A DNA stretch of 64,000 nucleotides. Source: Alphaproteobacteria bacterium. GTDB taxonomy: Bacteria; Pseudomonadota; Alphaproteobacteria; Micropepsales; Micropepsaceae. The notes under the pieces were generated by a model. That model searched no databases and was not told the DNA's origin. It was given only the letters and a program-made list of their open reading frames with translations. Made by a program: the position numbers and the translations under genes. Numbering within the stretch: the stretch's first letter is position 1; the number at the start of each line of letters is the position of its first letter. Shown here piece after piece: positions 10,237 to 19,306 of the stretch. The stretch covers positions 102,745-166,744 of the forward strand of contig CANJJD010000002.1 in assembly GCA_947474645.1 (NCBI GenBank), written 5' to 3'.

Positions 10237-11097
10237 TCAGGCTAGGATTTCGATCTTGGGCTCGTCCTTCAGGGTCCGCCAGACCGAAACGCTCGCGCCC
10301 GCCAGAAGCCCGATCATCAAAGGCGAGAAGAAAAAGCCCAGCCCGCAGGTCAGGGACAAGGTCTGGCGCGCATGCATCACCGCGGCGAGCATCTGGACCT
10401 GGGTTGTAGCGCCCGGCGTGACGTCGGGCTTGCCGCCCACTGCGGCATCGATCAGCGACACCACCAGCAGCAGCGGCAGGAACAGGCCCAGCAGCACGCC
10501 CAGCAGCGGCAGGAAATTGCCCGCCGAGAGCGTCCAGGCCCGGCGCAGCACCGGCGCGGCTTCGTTCACCGCAATCGCCGGCGCCAGCAGCAGGAAGCGC
10601 GCCAACACCACCACGCCGATGCCCAGCATGGCCATGATGGCAAAGGCGCCGGCCGCGCCCTGGCTTTTCGCCGCGCCCAGCATCAGAACGGCGTTGGCGC
10701 CGACCATGACGATCGCCGCCACCAGCAGCATCAGTCCGGCCAGGGCGAAGAACGCACGGAACATGCGCCATTCCAGCGGACCGAAGGCGAAATGAATGAC
10801 GGACGGCGCGGTGCGCGCGCCCAGCGCCAACTGGATCACCGCGGTGAACATCACCGCATAGAGCAGCATCACCGCCACCAGATAGCCCATCATCATCAGC
10901 ATCGCCGGGCCCATCTGGGCGCCGTTGCCGCTGGCGAGGAAATCGATGAAGTCGTTGTAGAAGCGGTAGAAGGTGAAAAAGCGGGCGACGGTGATCATCA
11001 CCATGGACACCCAGATCAGGCCTATGATCCCGCCCAGATTGGTGCCGGCGAAAATATAGGCGTCACGGATGGTCTGGGCGACGGGAATGCGCCGCAT
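10237..11097 (-). CDS. Hypothetical polytopic membrane protein
   Basis: About 6 hydrophobic segments and genome-typical codon use. Its stop abuts the uvrA stop. Confidence 0.7.
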   Translation of the reverse strand: MRRIPVAQTIRDAYIFAGTNLGGIIGLIWVSMVMITVARFFTFYRFYNDFIDFLASGNGAQMGPAMLMMMGYLVAVMLLYAVMFTAVIQLALGARTAPSVIHFAFGPLEWRMFRAFFALAGLMLLVAAIVMVGANAVLMLGAAKSQGAAGAFAIMAMLGIGVVVLARFLLLAPAIAVNEAAPVLRRAWTLSAGNFLPLLGVLLGLFLPLLLVVSLIDAAVGGKPDVTPGATTQVQMLAAVMHARQTLSLTCGLGFFFSPLMIGLLAGASVSVWRTLKDEPKIEILA

Positions 11098-11106
11098 CAA
11101 GCCTGC

Positions 11107-11361
11107 TCAGAACTCATCGAAGGGGCGTAGATCGTCGAACACCGGCGCCTTGGGCGCGGTTGCGTCCTGCCACAGGCCCATGGCCCAGGCGGTCACGGCG
11201 GCGGCGATGGGCAGCTTGGCCAGGCCCGCCAGGGGCTCGGTCACCAGGGCCAGGCGGCGGCGCGGGACAAACACGGCGACGCTCACGGCGGCAGCGGCCA
11301 GCAAGCCCGCTCCCAGCGCCAGCCTGGCGTAATTGGTACCCTTGTGTTCTTCCTCGGCCAT
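11107..11361 (-). CDS. Small hypothetical membrane protein
   Basis: MAEEEHKGTNYARLALGAGLL..., two hydrophobic stretches. Start at 11361 or 11370. Confidence 0.55.
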   Translation of the reverse strand: MAEEEHKGTNYARLALGAGLLAAAAVSVAVFVPRRRLALVTEPLAGLAKLPIAAAVTAWAMGLWQDATAPKAPVFDDLRPFDEF

Positions 11362-11552
11362 CGCACGCATTTCCCTGATTGAGCCTATATAGGTGGCGCT
11401 TGCGGCGCCGTCATCCATATCCTGTGCCGTTCCGACGCTTTCGCTCTTCCGTCTCCCAAAGGACGCAGGGCCCAGCATCTTCGCACGGACCCAAGACAAA
11501 AGCGTTAAAGCGGTGCCGAATTAAGGCAGAGCCAAGGTGAGCCCAGAACAGC

Positions 11553-11585
11553 AAAAAGCCTACCCTCTATCAGGAGAGCAGGCTT
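11553..11585 (-). terminator. Rho-independent terminator after GKPAGV copy 2
   Basis: AAGCCT...AGGCTT hairpin followed by a T-run on the minus strand. Confidence 0.65.
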
Positions 11586-11611
11586 CTGGCTATTCTTGAG
11601 AACGGATTGCC

Positions 11612-11878
11612 TTACGGCGAAGCTGCGTTCGTGGTCGCCACGGAGAATGTTTGGGTGGCCGGAACGCGATCACCACTCTCGTTGCCGACAATTACGGCCA
11701 CACCAGTGATAACCGCAGCGGCAACGGTGCCGATGATGATCGTGCCAGTACCAATTTCCTGGGCCTTGTTCACACCAGCGGGCTTGCCCGGAGCGAAGGC
11801 TCCGTCAGCGGCGAAAGCTGAAGTACCAATTAACGTTACCACCGAAACCGCGGCAACAGCAGTCTTAAAACCAAACAT
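11612..11878 (-). CDS. Small secreted/membrane peptide, GKPAGV family copy 2 (88 aa)
   Basis: AGGGGA RBS; signal ending AFA|ADG; hydrophobic helix; own terminator; paralogue of 6068-6325. Confidence 0.85.
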   Translation of the reverse strand: MFGFKTAVAAVSVVTLIGTSAFAADGAFAPGKPAGVNKAQEIGTGTIIIGTVAAAVITGVAVIVGNESGDRVPATQTFSVATTNAASP

Positions 11879-12177
11879 AGGCTTCCCCTGTTTATTTGAT
11901 GACCGGATACTTGTCCGAAGCTAGGACCCAAGTCAACCGGACTTTCTGGGTTCCTTTTTGACTGTTGCCAAAAAGCTTTACGGCGCTGCGAGGTCCGATT
12001 TCGCACACCATATCACAGGCCTGGCGCCACCCCTAGGGAATCGGCAAAAAGCCCAAAAATCCTCGAATTTCCCTGTAAAAAAACGGTTTTTTGGTCCCCT
12101 CCTTTGTTGCGGATGCGAAAAAACATGGGACCAGGGAGTTGTTTGCGCACCCTGCCCCGCCTGCTAAAGCCTGCCCC

Positions 12178-13545
12178 ATGACCAAAAAATTGCACATCAT
12201 TGGCGCCGGACTCGCCGGCTCCGAGGCCGCCTGGCAGGCCGCCAAGGCTGGCATCCCGGTGATTCTGCATGAAATGCGCCCCATCCGGGGCACCGAGGCG
12301 CACCAGACCGATTCTCTGGCCGAGCTTGTGTGCTCCAATTCCTTCCGCTCCGACGATGCCGCCAACAATGCCGTGGGCCTGCTGCATGAAGAGATGCGCC
12401 GCGCCGGCTCGCTGATCATGGCAGGCGCTGATGCTCACAAGCTGCCCGCCGGGGGCGCCCTGGCGGTGGACCGGCATGGCTTTTCGGCCGCCGTCACCGC
12501 CGCATTGGAGAATCATCCGCTGGTCACCATCGCCCGCGAGGAAATCACCGCCCTGCCCCCGGCCGATTGGGGATCTGCGATCATCGCCACCGGGCCCCTG
12601 ACCTCTGCCAGCCTGGGCGCCGCCATCGGCGAAGCCACCGGCCAGGACCATCTCGCCTTCTTTGACGCCATCGCGCCCATCATCCACCGCGAGTCGATCA
12701 ATTTCGACATCGCCTGGTTCCAGTCGCGCTACGACAAGGAAGGCCCCGGCGGCGGCGTGGCCGATTACATCAACCTGCCGCTGGACGAAGCCCAGTATAA
12801 AGCCTTTGTCGCCGCGCTGATCACCGGCGAAAAGACTGACTTCAAGGAGTGGGAAAAGACCACGCCCTATTTCGAAGCCTGCCTGCCCATCGAAGTGATG
12901 GCGGCGCGGGGCGAACAGACCCTGGCGTTCGGGCCGATGAAGCCGGTGGGGCTGATGGATCCGCGCACGGGCCAACGTGCTCATGCCGTGGTGCAGCTTC
13001 GCCAGGACAACAAGTTAGGCACCTTGTGGAACATGGTGGGTTTCCAGACCAAGCTGAAACATGCCGAGCAGGTGCGCATCTTCCGCACCATTCCGGGCCT
13101 GGAGGAGGCGCAGTTCGCGCGGCTGGGCGGGCTGCACCGCAACACCTTCATCAATTCCCCGCGCCTGCTCGACAGCCAACTGCGCCTCAAGTCACAGCCG
13201 CACCTGCGCTTCGCCGGCCAGGTGACGGGGGTGGAAGGCTATGTCGAAAGCGCCGCCATCGGCCTGTTGGCGGGCCGCTTTGCCGCCGCAGAACTGGCAA
13301 GCGCGGAAGGGCTGGCCCCGCCCCCCACCACCGCGCTGGGCGCCCTGATCTCCCACATCACCGGCGGCGCCGACGCCCGCACCTTTCAGCCCATGAATGT
13401 CAATTTTGGATTGTTCCCGGAATTTCCCAAATCGGCGAAAATCCGCGGGAAAGACCGCAAGCAGGCGATGAGCGCGCGGGCGCTGGAAGACTTAAGCGTC
13501 TGGCTGGGGCACTCCATTCCGCGAAGTGGGCAGGCCGCCGAATAG
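12178..13545 (+). CDS. trmFO: Folate/FAD-dependent tRNA (uracil-54) methyltransferase
   Basis: [61 protein letters not shown]. Confidence 0.96.
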   Translation: MTKKLHIIGAGLAGSEAAWQAAKAGIPVILHEMRPIRGTEAHQTDSLAELVCSNSFRSDDAANNAVGLLHEEMRRAGSLIMAGADAHKLPAGGALAVDRHGFSAAVTAALENHPLVTIAREEITALPPADWGSAIIATGPLTSASLGAAIGEATGQDHLAFFDAIAPIIHRESINFDIAWFQSRYDKEGPGGGVADYINLPLDEAQYKAFVAALITGEKTDFKEWEKTTPYFEACLPIEVMAARGEQTLAFGPMKPVGLMDPRTGQRAHAVVQLRQDNKLGTLWNMVGFQTKLKHAEQVRIFRTIPGLEEAQFARLGGLHRNTFINSPRLLDSQLRLKSQPHLRFAGQVTGVEGYVESAAIGLLAGRFAAAELASAEGLAPPPTTALGALISHITGGADARTFQPMNVNFGLFPEFPKSAKIRGKDRKQAMSARALEDLSVWLGHSIPRSGQAAE

Positions 13546-13608
13546 GCTGGCGCAACTTCGCCCGGTTCCGTACGTTTCCAGTGAGGCAACACCAGAATTG
13601 GAAACAGC

Positions 13609-13989
13609 ATGGATATCCCTCTCGAGCTTTCCTTCCACAATGTCGAACCATCCGATGCCCTGAAGGCGTCGGTTGCGGCCCATGTCCAGAAGCTCGAGCA
13701 ATTCCACGACAACATTATCGGCTGCCGGGTGGTGATCGAGATGCCGCACAAGAGCCAGAAGGCCAGCGGCAATCCGCCGGACGTGCATATCGTGGTCAGG
13801 GTGCCGGGCAAGGAAATCGTGGTCAGCCGCGAATACAATCATGGCGGCCACAAGAAGGCCGCGACCGACGCCTATGCGGTGCTGGACGAGGCTTTCCTGG
13901 TGGCCCAGAAGCAGCTCAAGGATTATCGCCGCGTCAGCCATGGCGACGTCAAGCACAAGGCCCCAGCCGCGCAATCGACCGAGATATAA
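13609..13989 (+). CDS. HPF/RaiA family ribosome-associated protein
   Basis: MDIPLELSFHNVEPSDAL...CRVVIE.PH...D.Y..LDEAF...KQLK pattern. Confidence 0.8.
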   Translation: MDIPLELSFHNVEPSDALKASVAAHVQKLEQFHDNIIGCRVVIEMPHKSQKASGNPPDVHIVVRVPGKEIVVSREYNHGGHKKAATDAYAVLDEAFLVAQKQLKDYRRVSHGDVKHKAPAAQSTEI

Positions 13990-13991
13990 TT

Positions 13992-14018
13992 TCGCAGATA
14001 CAGCGCCGCTATCTGCGA
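13992..14018. terminator. Hairpin between convergent genes
   Basis: TCGCAGATA...TATCTGCGA 9-bp stem; no clear U-tract. Confidence 0.4.
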
Positions 14019-14062
14019 GATTGCGCGCCAAGCGGAAAAGTCCGCGCGGCGTCCTCGGCGAA

Positions 14063-14863
14063 CTATAGCCGCTTCTTCATGGCCGCGCTGAGCAGCGCCA
14101 TCTGGCGCCGATGTATCGGCACCTCGCGGCCCATCTTGCGCAAGTACACCGGCACCAGCGCGGCGGGCAGGATCGCTGCCAGGGCGGCGCGCGGCTTGGG
14201 CGCTGCGCGCGCGGCAAAGAAATGATCGCGCGCCCTCAGGCCCATCTGCCTTTTGGCGGCCACCAGCCGCGGATCATCCTTTTCCAGGTGAAAGAATTCT
14301 TCCGGCGTCAGATGCATCGCCGTCAGCATGTCCAGCGGCAGATACAGCTTGTGCCGGCTGTTGTGGACCGGCAGCGCCCGCACCAGCCCGGCCAGGCCAT
14401 AGGCGAGCCCCGCTTCACGCACCACAGCAGGATCGCCGCCCAGGATGCGCGCCGCCAGCCGCATCACCGCGCCGCTGGTGGCATCCACGTAGGTTTCCAG
14501 GGCTTCGAAATCGGCGAACTGCTCGGCGGAGGAATCAAAGTCGCGCACGGCGATGATGGCTTCCAGCTCGGCCAGGCCCACCTCCCGCTCGGCGAACAAG
14601 GCCGCCAGGCCGCGCGCCGCATCATGGTTGCGCGGGCTGCCCTTGGCGGCGCCTTCGGCAGTTTCGCGCCACCATTCCAGCTTTATCGCCCCCAGCATGG
14701 GTTCGCGCACCGTCTCGGCGATGCGGCTGACTTCGGCATTGAAGGCATAGAGTGCAAACAGGAAGGGCCGCTGGTGCGCCGGCGCGAACAGAGCGCTGAA
14801 ATAGCGGTCGGGATCGGCGGCGCGCACCGAGGCAGCAAGGCGATTGGCTAACGCGGCGTCCAT
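14063..14863 (-). CDS. Squalene/phytoene synthase family protein (NDUFAF6-like)
   Basis: DPDRY.S.LFAP...ALYAFNAE..RI..V.EPMLG.IKL.WWRE pattern. Confidence 0.85.
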   Translation of the reverse strand: MDAALANRLAASVRAADPDRYFSALFAPAHQRPFLFALYAFNAEVSRIAETVREPMLGAIKLEWWRETAEGAAKGSPRNHDAARGLAALFAEREVGLAELEAIIAVRDFDSSAEQFADFEALETYVDATSGAVMRLAARILGGDPAVVREAGLAYGLAGLVRALPVHNSRHKLYLPLDMLTAMHLTPEEFFHLEKDDPRLVAAKRQMGLRARDHFFAARAAPKPRAALAAILPAALVPVYLRKMGREVPIHRRQMALLSAAMKKRL

Positions 14864-14876
14864 CGAACCTCAAAAG

Positions 14877-14904
14877 AAAAAGGCCGCCCTTGCGGACGGC
14901 CTTT
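14877..14904 (-). terminator. Rho-independent terminator after the puuD-like gene
   Basis: AAAGGCCG...CGGCCTTT stem with a T-run on the minus strand. Confidence 0.7.
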
Positions 14905-14928
14905 AATTCTTAGCCCGTCAAACCACTC

Positions 14929-15555
14929 TCAGTACAGGTGACCAGCAGCCACCATGCTGAACAGCATGGGAACCGACAACAGGGTGTTGATGCGGCTGAA
15001 GATCATCGCCGTCTTGCCCGCCGCGGCCTTCTCGTCCGCCGACAGGCTGAGATATTTGCCGCCGATGTTCAGGGCCTTTTGCTGGTTGGGCCAGATCACG
15101 AACCAGACATTAAACCACATGATGGTGCCCAGCCACATGCCGATGCCGATGGCGAGGTACTTGGGTACCAGCGGCCAGCCCGCGGCGCCTTCGCTGAGGT
15201 CCAATGTATAGGCTTCAACCAGGTAGTGATTGCGCAGCGCCAGGATGATGCCCAGCACGATGGTGACCATCGCCGACCAGCGGAACCAGAACAGGGCGGC
15301 CGGCGCGATATAGCCGGTGACGCCGCCTTTCAGCTCGGCCGGCACCTTGGGCATGGTGGGGATCTGCACGAAATTGAAATACCAGAGCAGGCCGATCCAC
15401 ATCACGCCGGCGGCGATGTGCAGCCAGCGCAGCACGAACAGTTCGAAGGCCGGGCCGTCAAAGCCCTGCGTGGCGCAGTAAAGGCCGACCAACAGAAACG
15501 CCAGCACGAAGCTGGCAATCACCACATTGCGCAGATTTCCCAAAAAGGCCGCCAT
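14929..15555 (-). CDS. Urate hydroxylase PuuD N-terminal domain (DUF989-like) membrane protein, no cytochrome c domain
   Basis: LRWLHI.AGVMWIGLLWYFNFVQ, ALFWFRW, IMWFNVWFVIWPNQQK, SRINT.LS.PML. Confidence 0.75.
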   Translation of the reverse strand: MAAFLGNLRNVVIASFVLAFLLVGLYCATQGFDGPAFELFVLRWLHIAAGVMWIGLLWYFNFVQIPTMPKVPAELKGGVTGYIAPAALFWFRWSAMVTIVLGIILALRNHYLVEAYTLDLSEGAAGWPLVPKYLAIGIGMWLGTIMWFNVWFVIWPNQQKALNIGGKYLSLSADEKAAAGKTAMIFSRINTLLSVPMLFSMVAAGHLY

Positions 15556-15638
15556 GGGTTCCCCTCCCCTTAGATTCGAAGCGGGAACTCTAGACCAAGG
15601 TTGCCCGCTTGTCGCCTCTCTCGCGAAGCCGCAAAGGG

Positions 15639-17249
15639 TCAGATGGTCAGGGTGCGGGGACGGGCAGTGTTCAGCCAGGTGATCACGATCAGCCGCGTCA
15701 CCATCACCGAGGTGAAGAAGGAGGTTATGATGCCCACCCCTAAGGCCACCGCAAAGCCCTTGATCATGCCGGTGCCCAACTGGAACAGGATCAGCGAGGC
15801 GATCAGATGGGTCATGTTGGCGTCGACGATGGTCGCCATGGCGCGGCGGAAGCCGGTATCGATCGCCGCCAGCATGGTGCGGCCGTTGCGCTGTTCCTCG
15901 CGGATGCGCTCATAGATCAGCACGTTGGCGTCCACCGCCATGCCCATGGTGAGCACGATGCCGGCAATGCCCGGCAGGGTCAGGGTGGCGCCGAAGGCCG
16001 TCAGGGTCGCCAGCAGCAGCACCACGTTGAGGGTCAGGGCGATGTCGGCGAACACGCCGAACAGGCCGTAGCGCAGGATCATGAACAGCGCGACCATGAC
16101 CAGGCCCGCCAGCGCCGAATAGCGGCCGGCGGTGATGGAGTCCGCGCCCAGCTCGGCGCCGACGCTGCGTTCCTCCAGCGGCTTGAGCGGCGCGGGCAGC
16201 GCGCCGGCGCGCAGCAGGATCGCCATGTCGTTGGCGCCCGCGGCGGTGAACTGGCCCGTGATAAAGCCGGAACCGCCCAGGATCACGCTGTTGATCACCG
16301 GATCGGTGATGACCTGCTTGTCCAGCACGATGGCGAAGCGGTGGCCGACATGCTCCTTGGTGACGTCGCCGAACTGGCGCGCGCCCACACTGTCCAGGCG
16401 GAAATTCACCACCGGCTGGCCGGTCTGGGGATCGAAGCCCTGGCTGGCGTCGGTCAGCCGGTCGCCCGACACCATGATCCGGCGCTGCACCACCACCTTG
16501 CGCGGCGGCGCATTCTTGTTGGCGTCGTTCATCACCGGCAGGATCTCGTCGCCGATCGGCGGCACCTGGGCCATGGGATTGGCCTGTTCGTCCACCAGCT
16601 GGAAGCTCATCTTGGCGGTCTTGCCCAGGATGTTCTTGAGCTGGGTGGGATCCTGAAGGCCGGGCACCTGCACCAGGATGCGGTCGTCGCCGGAGCGTTC
16701 GATGGAAGGCTCGCGCGTGCCCAGCTCGTCGATGCGGCGGCGCACAACTTCGATGGACTGGTCCATCACCTGCTGGCGGGTCAGGGTCTTGAAGGCGTCG
16801 CTCATATGCAGGTTGAAGACGCCGGCGCCCGGCTCGGTCAGATCATATTCCTTGCCGCCCACCGACAGGACCGAACCGGTCATGGCCGGATTGACGCTCT
16901 GGATCAGGGTGCGCGCTTCATCCAGGCGCGAGGCATCGGTCACCCGCACCGACACGGTATCGCCACGGGCGTTGAGATCGGTGAGCGGGATACGGGCCTT
17001 GCGGAGCGTGGCGCGAATGTCGCCCACCAGGGTTTCGACGCGATCACGCGTCACCTGGTCGAAATCGACGCCCAGCAGCAGATAGGAACCGCCTTGCAGA
17101 TCCAGGCCCAGATTGACGGCCGAACTGGGCAGGAATCCGGGAATCTTGGCGCGCATGGCCGGCGACAGGGCATTGGGCAGCGCGAACAGGATGCCGCACG
17201 CCACGATGAAGAGGGTGATCAGGCGCGTCCAGATCGAGACTTGCAGCAC
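15639..17249 (-). CDS. secD: Protein translocase subunit SecD
   Basis: LGLDLQGG, RRIDELG..EP, RFAIVLD, LRAGALPAPL..ER.VG..LG, GMAVDANVLIYERIRE. 536 aa, i.e. not a SecDF fusion. Confidence 0.96.
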   Translation of the reverse strand: MLQVSIWTRLITLFIVACGILFALPNALSPAMRAKIPGFLPSSAVNLGLDLQGGSYLLLGVDFDQVTRDRVETLVGDIRATLRKARIPLTDLNARGDTVSVRVTDASRLDEARTLIQSVNPAMTGSVLSVGGKEYDLTEPGAGVFNLHMSDAFKTLTRQQVMDQSIEVVRRRIDELGTREPSIERSGDDRILVQVPGLQDPTQLKNILGKTAKMSFQLVDEQANPMAQVPPIGDEILPVMNDANKNAPPRKVVVQRRIMVSGDRLTDASQGFDPQTGQPVVNFRLDSVGARQFGDVTKEHVGHRFAIVLDKQVITDPVINSVILGGSGFITGQFTAAGANDMAILLRAGALPAPLKPLEERSVGAELGADSITAGRYSALAGLVMVALFMILRYGLFGVFADIALTLNVVLLLATLTAFGATLTLPGIAGIVLTMGMAVDANVLIYERIREEQRNGRTMLAAIDTGFRRAMATIVDANMTHLIASLILFQLGTGMIKGFAVALGVGIITSFFTSVMVTRLIVITWLNTARPRTLTI

Positions 17250-17253
17250 GCGC

Positions 17254-17550
17254 CTATTCCTTGTCGGCGCTCTTGCTGCGCACGTCGGACAGGGTGGTCT
17301 TCAGCACCCGGACCTGCACATTATCGGCGATCTCGATCAGGATTTCCGGCTCGCCGGCCTCCGAGGACTTGACCACCTTGCCCAGGATGCCACCTGCGGT
17401 CACCACGGTGTCGCCGCGGCGCAGATTGTCCACCATGTTGCGCAACTGCTTCTGGCGCTGGCTTTGCGGCCGCCACAGAAGAAAGTAGAAGATCGCGATC
17501 ATCGGCAACGCCAAGGTCAGCGTCTGGAACATCGGATCGTTCGTATTCAT
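17254..17550 (-). CDS. yajC: Preprotein translocase subunit YajC
   Basis: IFYFLLWRPQ...L.RGD.VVT.GGI.G; directly upstream of secD. Confidence 0.93.
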   Translation of the reverse strand: MNTNDPMFQTLTLALPMIAIFYFLLWRPQSQRQKQLRNMVDNLRRGDTVVTAGGILGKVVKSSEAGEPEILIEIADNVQVRVLKTTLSDVRSKSADKE

Positions 17551-17646
17551 AGTGTGGGGCTTTCGGCGTAGTGGGCGGCGGGTGAATGCGGGCGGACTAT
17601 AGCGGGACAGCCCTCCTTTGCAACCGTGAGAATTCAAGGGGTTAGC

Positions 17647-18522
17647 ATGGCAAAGAGCGGCAAGAGCAAGGCTTTGGCAGAGCCCGCGCTTCAGCAGCGG
17701 ATCGCCGAGGCGCTGGAGCGGCTGGCCCCGCCTGCCCTGGGCGCGACGCTGCCCAAGGGCGACGCCTTTGTCTGGGAGCCGGCGCAGGGCGGTTTGGTGG
17801 CGGTGCCCCATGTCGCCCATGTGGATCTGTCGCTGCTCAAGGGGATCGAAAGCCAGCGCGACACGCTACTGGCCAACACCAGGCGCTTCGCCGAAGGCCT
17901 GCCGGCCAACAACGCCCTTTTGTGGGGCGCGCGCGGCATGGGCAAGTCCAGCCTGGTCAAGGCGGTGCACGAACAGATCAATGCCGGGCGCAAGGACCAC
18001 CTGGTGCTAATCGAAATCCATCGCGAGGACATAGACAGCCTGCCGCTGCTGCTGCGCGTACTGCGCAAGGGCACGCGCCGCGTGGTTTTGTTCTGCGACG
18101 ATCTTTCCTTCGACAAGGACGATACCAGCTACAAGTCGCTGAAGGCGGCGCTGGAAGGCGGTATCGAGGGACGGCCCGCCAACACCATTTTCTACGCCAC
18201 CTCCAACCGGCGGCACCTGATGCCGCGCGATTCGGTGGACAATGAGCGCGGCACCGCCATCAATCCCGGCGAAGCGGTGGAAGAAAAAGTCTCGCTGTCG
18301 GACCGCTTCGGCCTGTGGCTGGGCTTTCATCACTGCGGCCAAGACGAATACCTGTCCATGGTCGAAGGCTATGCGGCTTTCTATAAGCTGAAGCTGGCAC
18401 CGGAGGAATTGCGCAGTCGCGCCTTGGCCTGGGCAATCGGACGCGGGGGCCGCTCAGGCCGCGTTGCGTGGCAATTCATTCAAGATTTGGCGGGGGAGTT
18501 GGGGCAGAAGCTGGATAATTGA
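17647..18522 (+). CDS. AAA+ ATP-binding protein (DUF815 family)
   Basis: LLWGARGMGKSSL Walker A, LFCDDLSF, YATSNRRHL, EEKVSLSDRFGLWLGF, RSGRVAWQF. Confidence 0.9.
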   Translation: MAKSGKSKALAEPALQQRIAEALERLAPPALGATLPKGDAFVWEPAQGGLVAVPHVAHVDLSLLKGIESQRDTLLANTRRFAEGLPANNALLWGARGMGKSSLVKAVHEQINAGRKDHLVLIEIHREDIDSLPLLLRVLRKGTRRVVLFCDDLSFDKDDTSYKSLKAALEGGIEGRPANTIFYATSNRRHLMPRDSVDNERGTAINPGEAVEEKVSLSDRFGLWLGFHHCGQDEYLSMVEGYAAFYKLKLAPEELRSRALAWAIGRGGRSGRVAWQFIQDLAGELGQKLDN

Positions 18523-18531
18523 GTCCCAAAC

Positions 18532-18635
18532 TGTCATGGCCCGCAAATGCGGGCCATCCAGATGACGCCAGCGTTTTAATTTCAGGATGAATCACCAATC
18601 CAACTGGATGGCCCACACTCCGGTGGGCCATGACA
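18532..18635. repeat. Inverted doublet of REP-like palindromes
   Basis: TGTCATGGCCC-x-GGGCCATCCAG on + (18532-18561) and the same frame on - (18604-18635), each with an internal hairpin. Confidence 0.7.
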
Positions 18636-18643
18636 CTGTTGGT

Positions 18644-19306
18644 TTAGTTGCTCACCGTGGTCGAAGCCAGGTAGTTGCGCGGATTGACCGGCGTGGTGGC
18701 CGAACGAATCTCGAAGTGCAACTGCGGGCTGATTACATCGCCGGTCTGGCCGGCATAGCCGATCACCTGGCCCTTGGCGACAAAGTCGCCGCGCGACACG
18801 ACCAGGCGGTCGGCATGGGCATAGGCTGTCGTATAGCCGCCGGAATGTTTCACCAAAATCAGATTGCCGTAATTCTTCAACTCGTCGCCGGCATAGGTGA
18901 CGGTGCCCGAGGCGGATGCATGGATCGGTGCCGCCAGGGTGGTGGCGATATTGATGCCGTCATTCTTGGCGCCGCTGGCGGTGGAGCCGAAATCGGCAAT
19001 CACCCGCCCCGACACCGGCCAGGCAAAGGCCGGCGCATTGCCGGAAGCGATGGGCGCCAAAGTCTGGCTGGTGACCGGCGTATAGGGTGTCACATTGCGG
19101 GTGACGTAATTGGGCGTGGGCCGGGCGCCGGTTTCTTCATAGGTATAGGTCTTGGAGCCGCCGCTGGGTTTGTTGCTGGCGACGCGGGCGTGCTGGGTGG
19201 TGTTGACGCCCCAATCCAGATGGGTGCGGGGACTGGTATCAGCGCAGCCCGCCATCAGGGGCGCGCAGGCCAAGGCCGCTACGGCAAAAATGATCTTCTG
19301 ATCCAT
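18644..19306 (-). CDS. M23 family peptidase-like lipoprotein (NlpD-like, no LysM)
   Basis: Lipobox LMAG-C; WPVSGRVI..FG, NDGINI, YGNLILVKH, YAH, LHFEIR. Confidence 0.87.
   Translation of the reverse strand: MDQKIIFAVAALACAPLMAGCADTSPRTHLDWGVNTTQHARVASNKPSGGSKTYTYEETGARPTPNYVTRNVTPYTPVTSQTLAPIASGNAPAFAWPVSGRVIADFGSTASGAKNDGINIATTLAAPIHASASGTVTYAGDELKNYGNLILVKHSGGYTTAYAHADRLVVSRGDFVAKGQVIGYAGQTGDVISPQLHFEIRSATTPVNPRNYLASTTVSN

Noticed and set aside
6068-11878. Inovirus prophage suggested by the procoat-like peptides
   Set aside because: No Zot/pI ATPase, Rep, integrase or att/dif site; the peptides lack the basic C-terminus; the genes between them are core (uvrA).
13548-13562. Possible sigma54 promoter upstream of the HPF/RaiA gene (TGGCGCAACTTCGC)
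   Set aside because: GG-to-GC spacing is 9 nt rather than the required 10.
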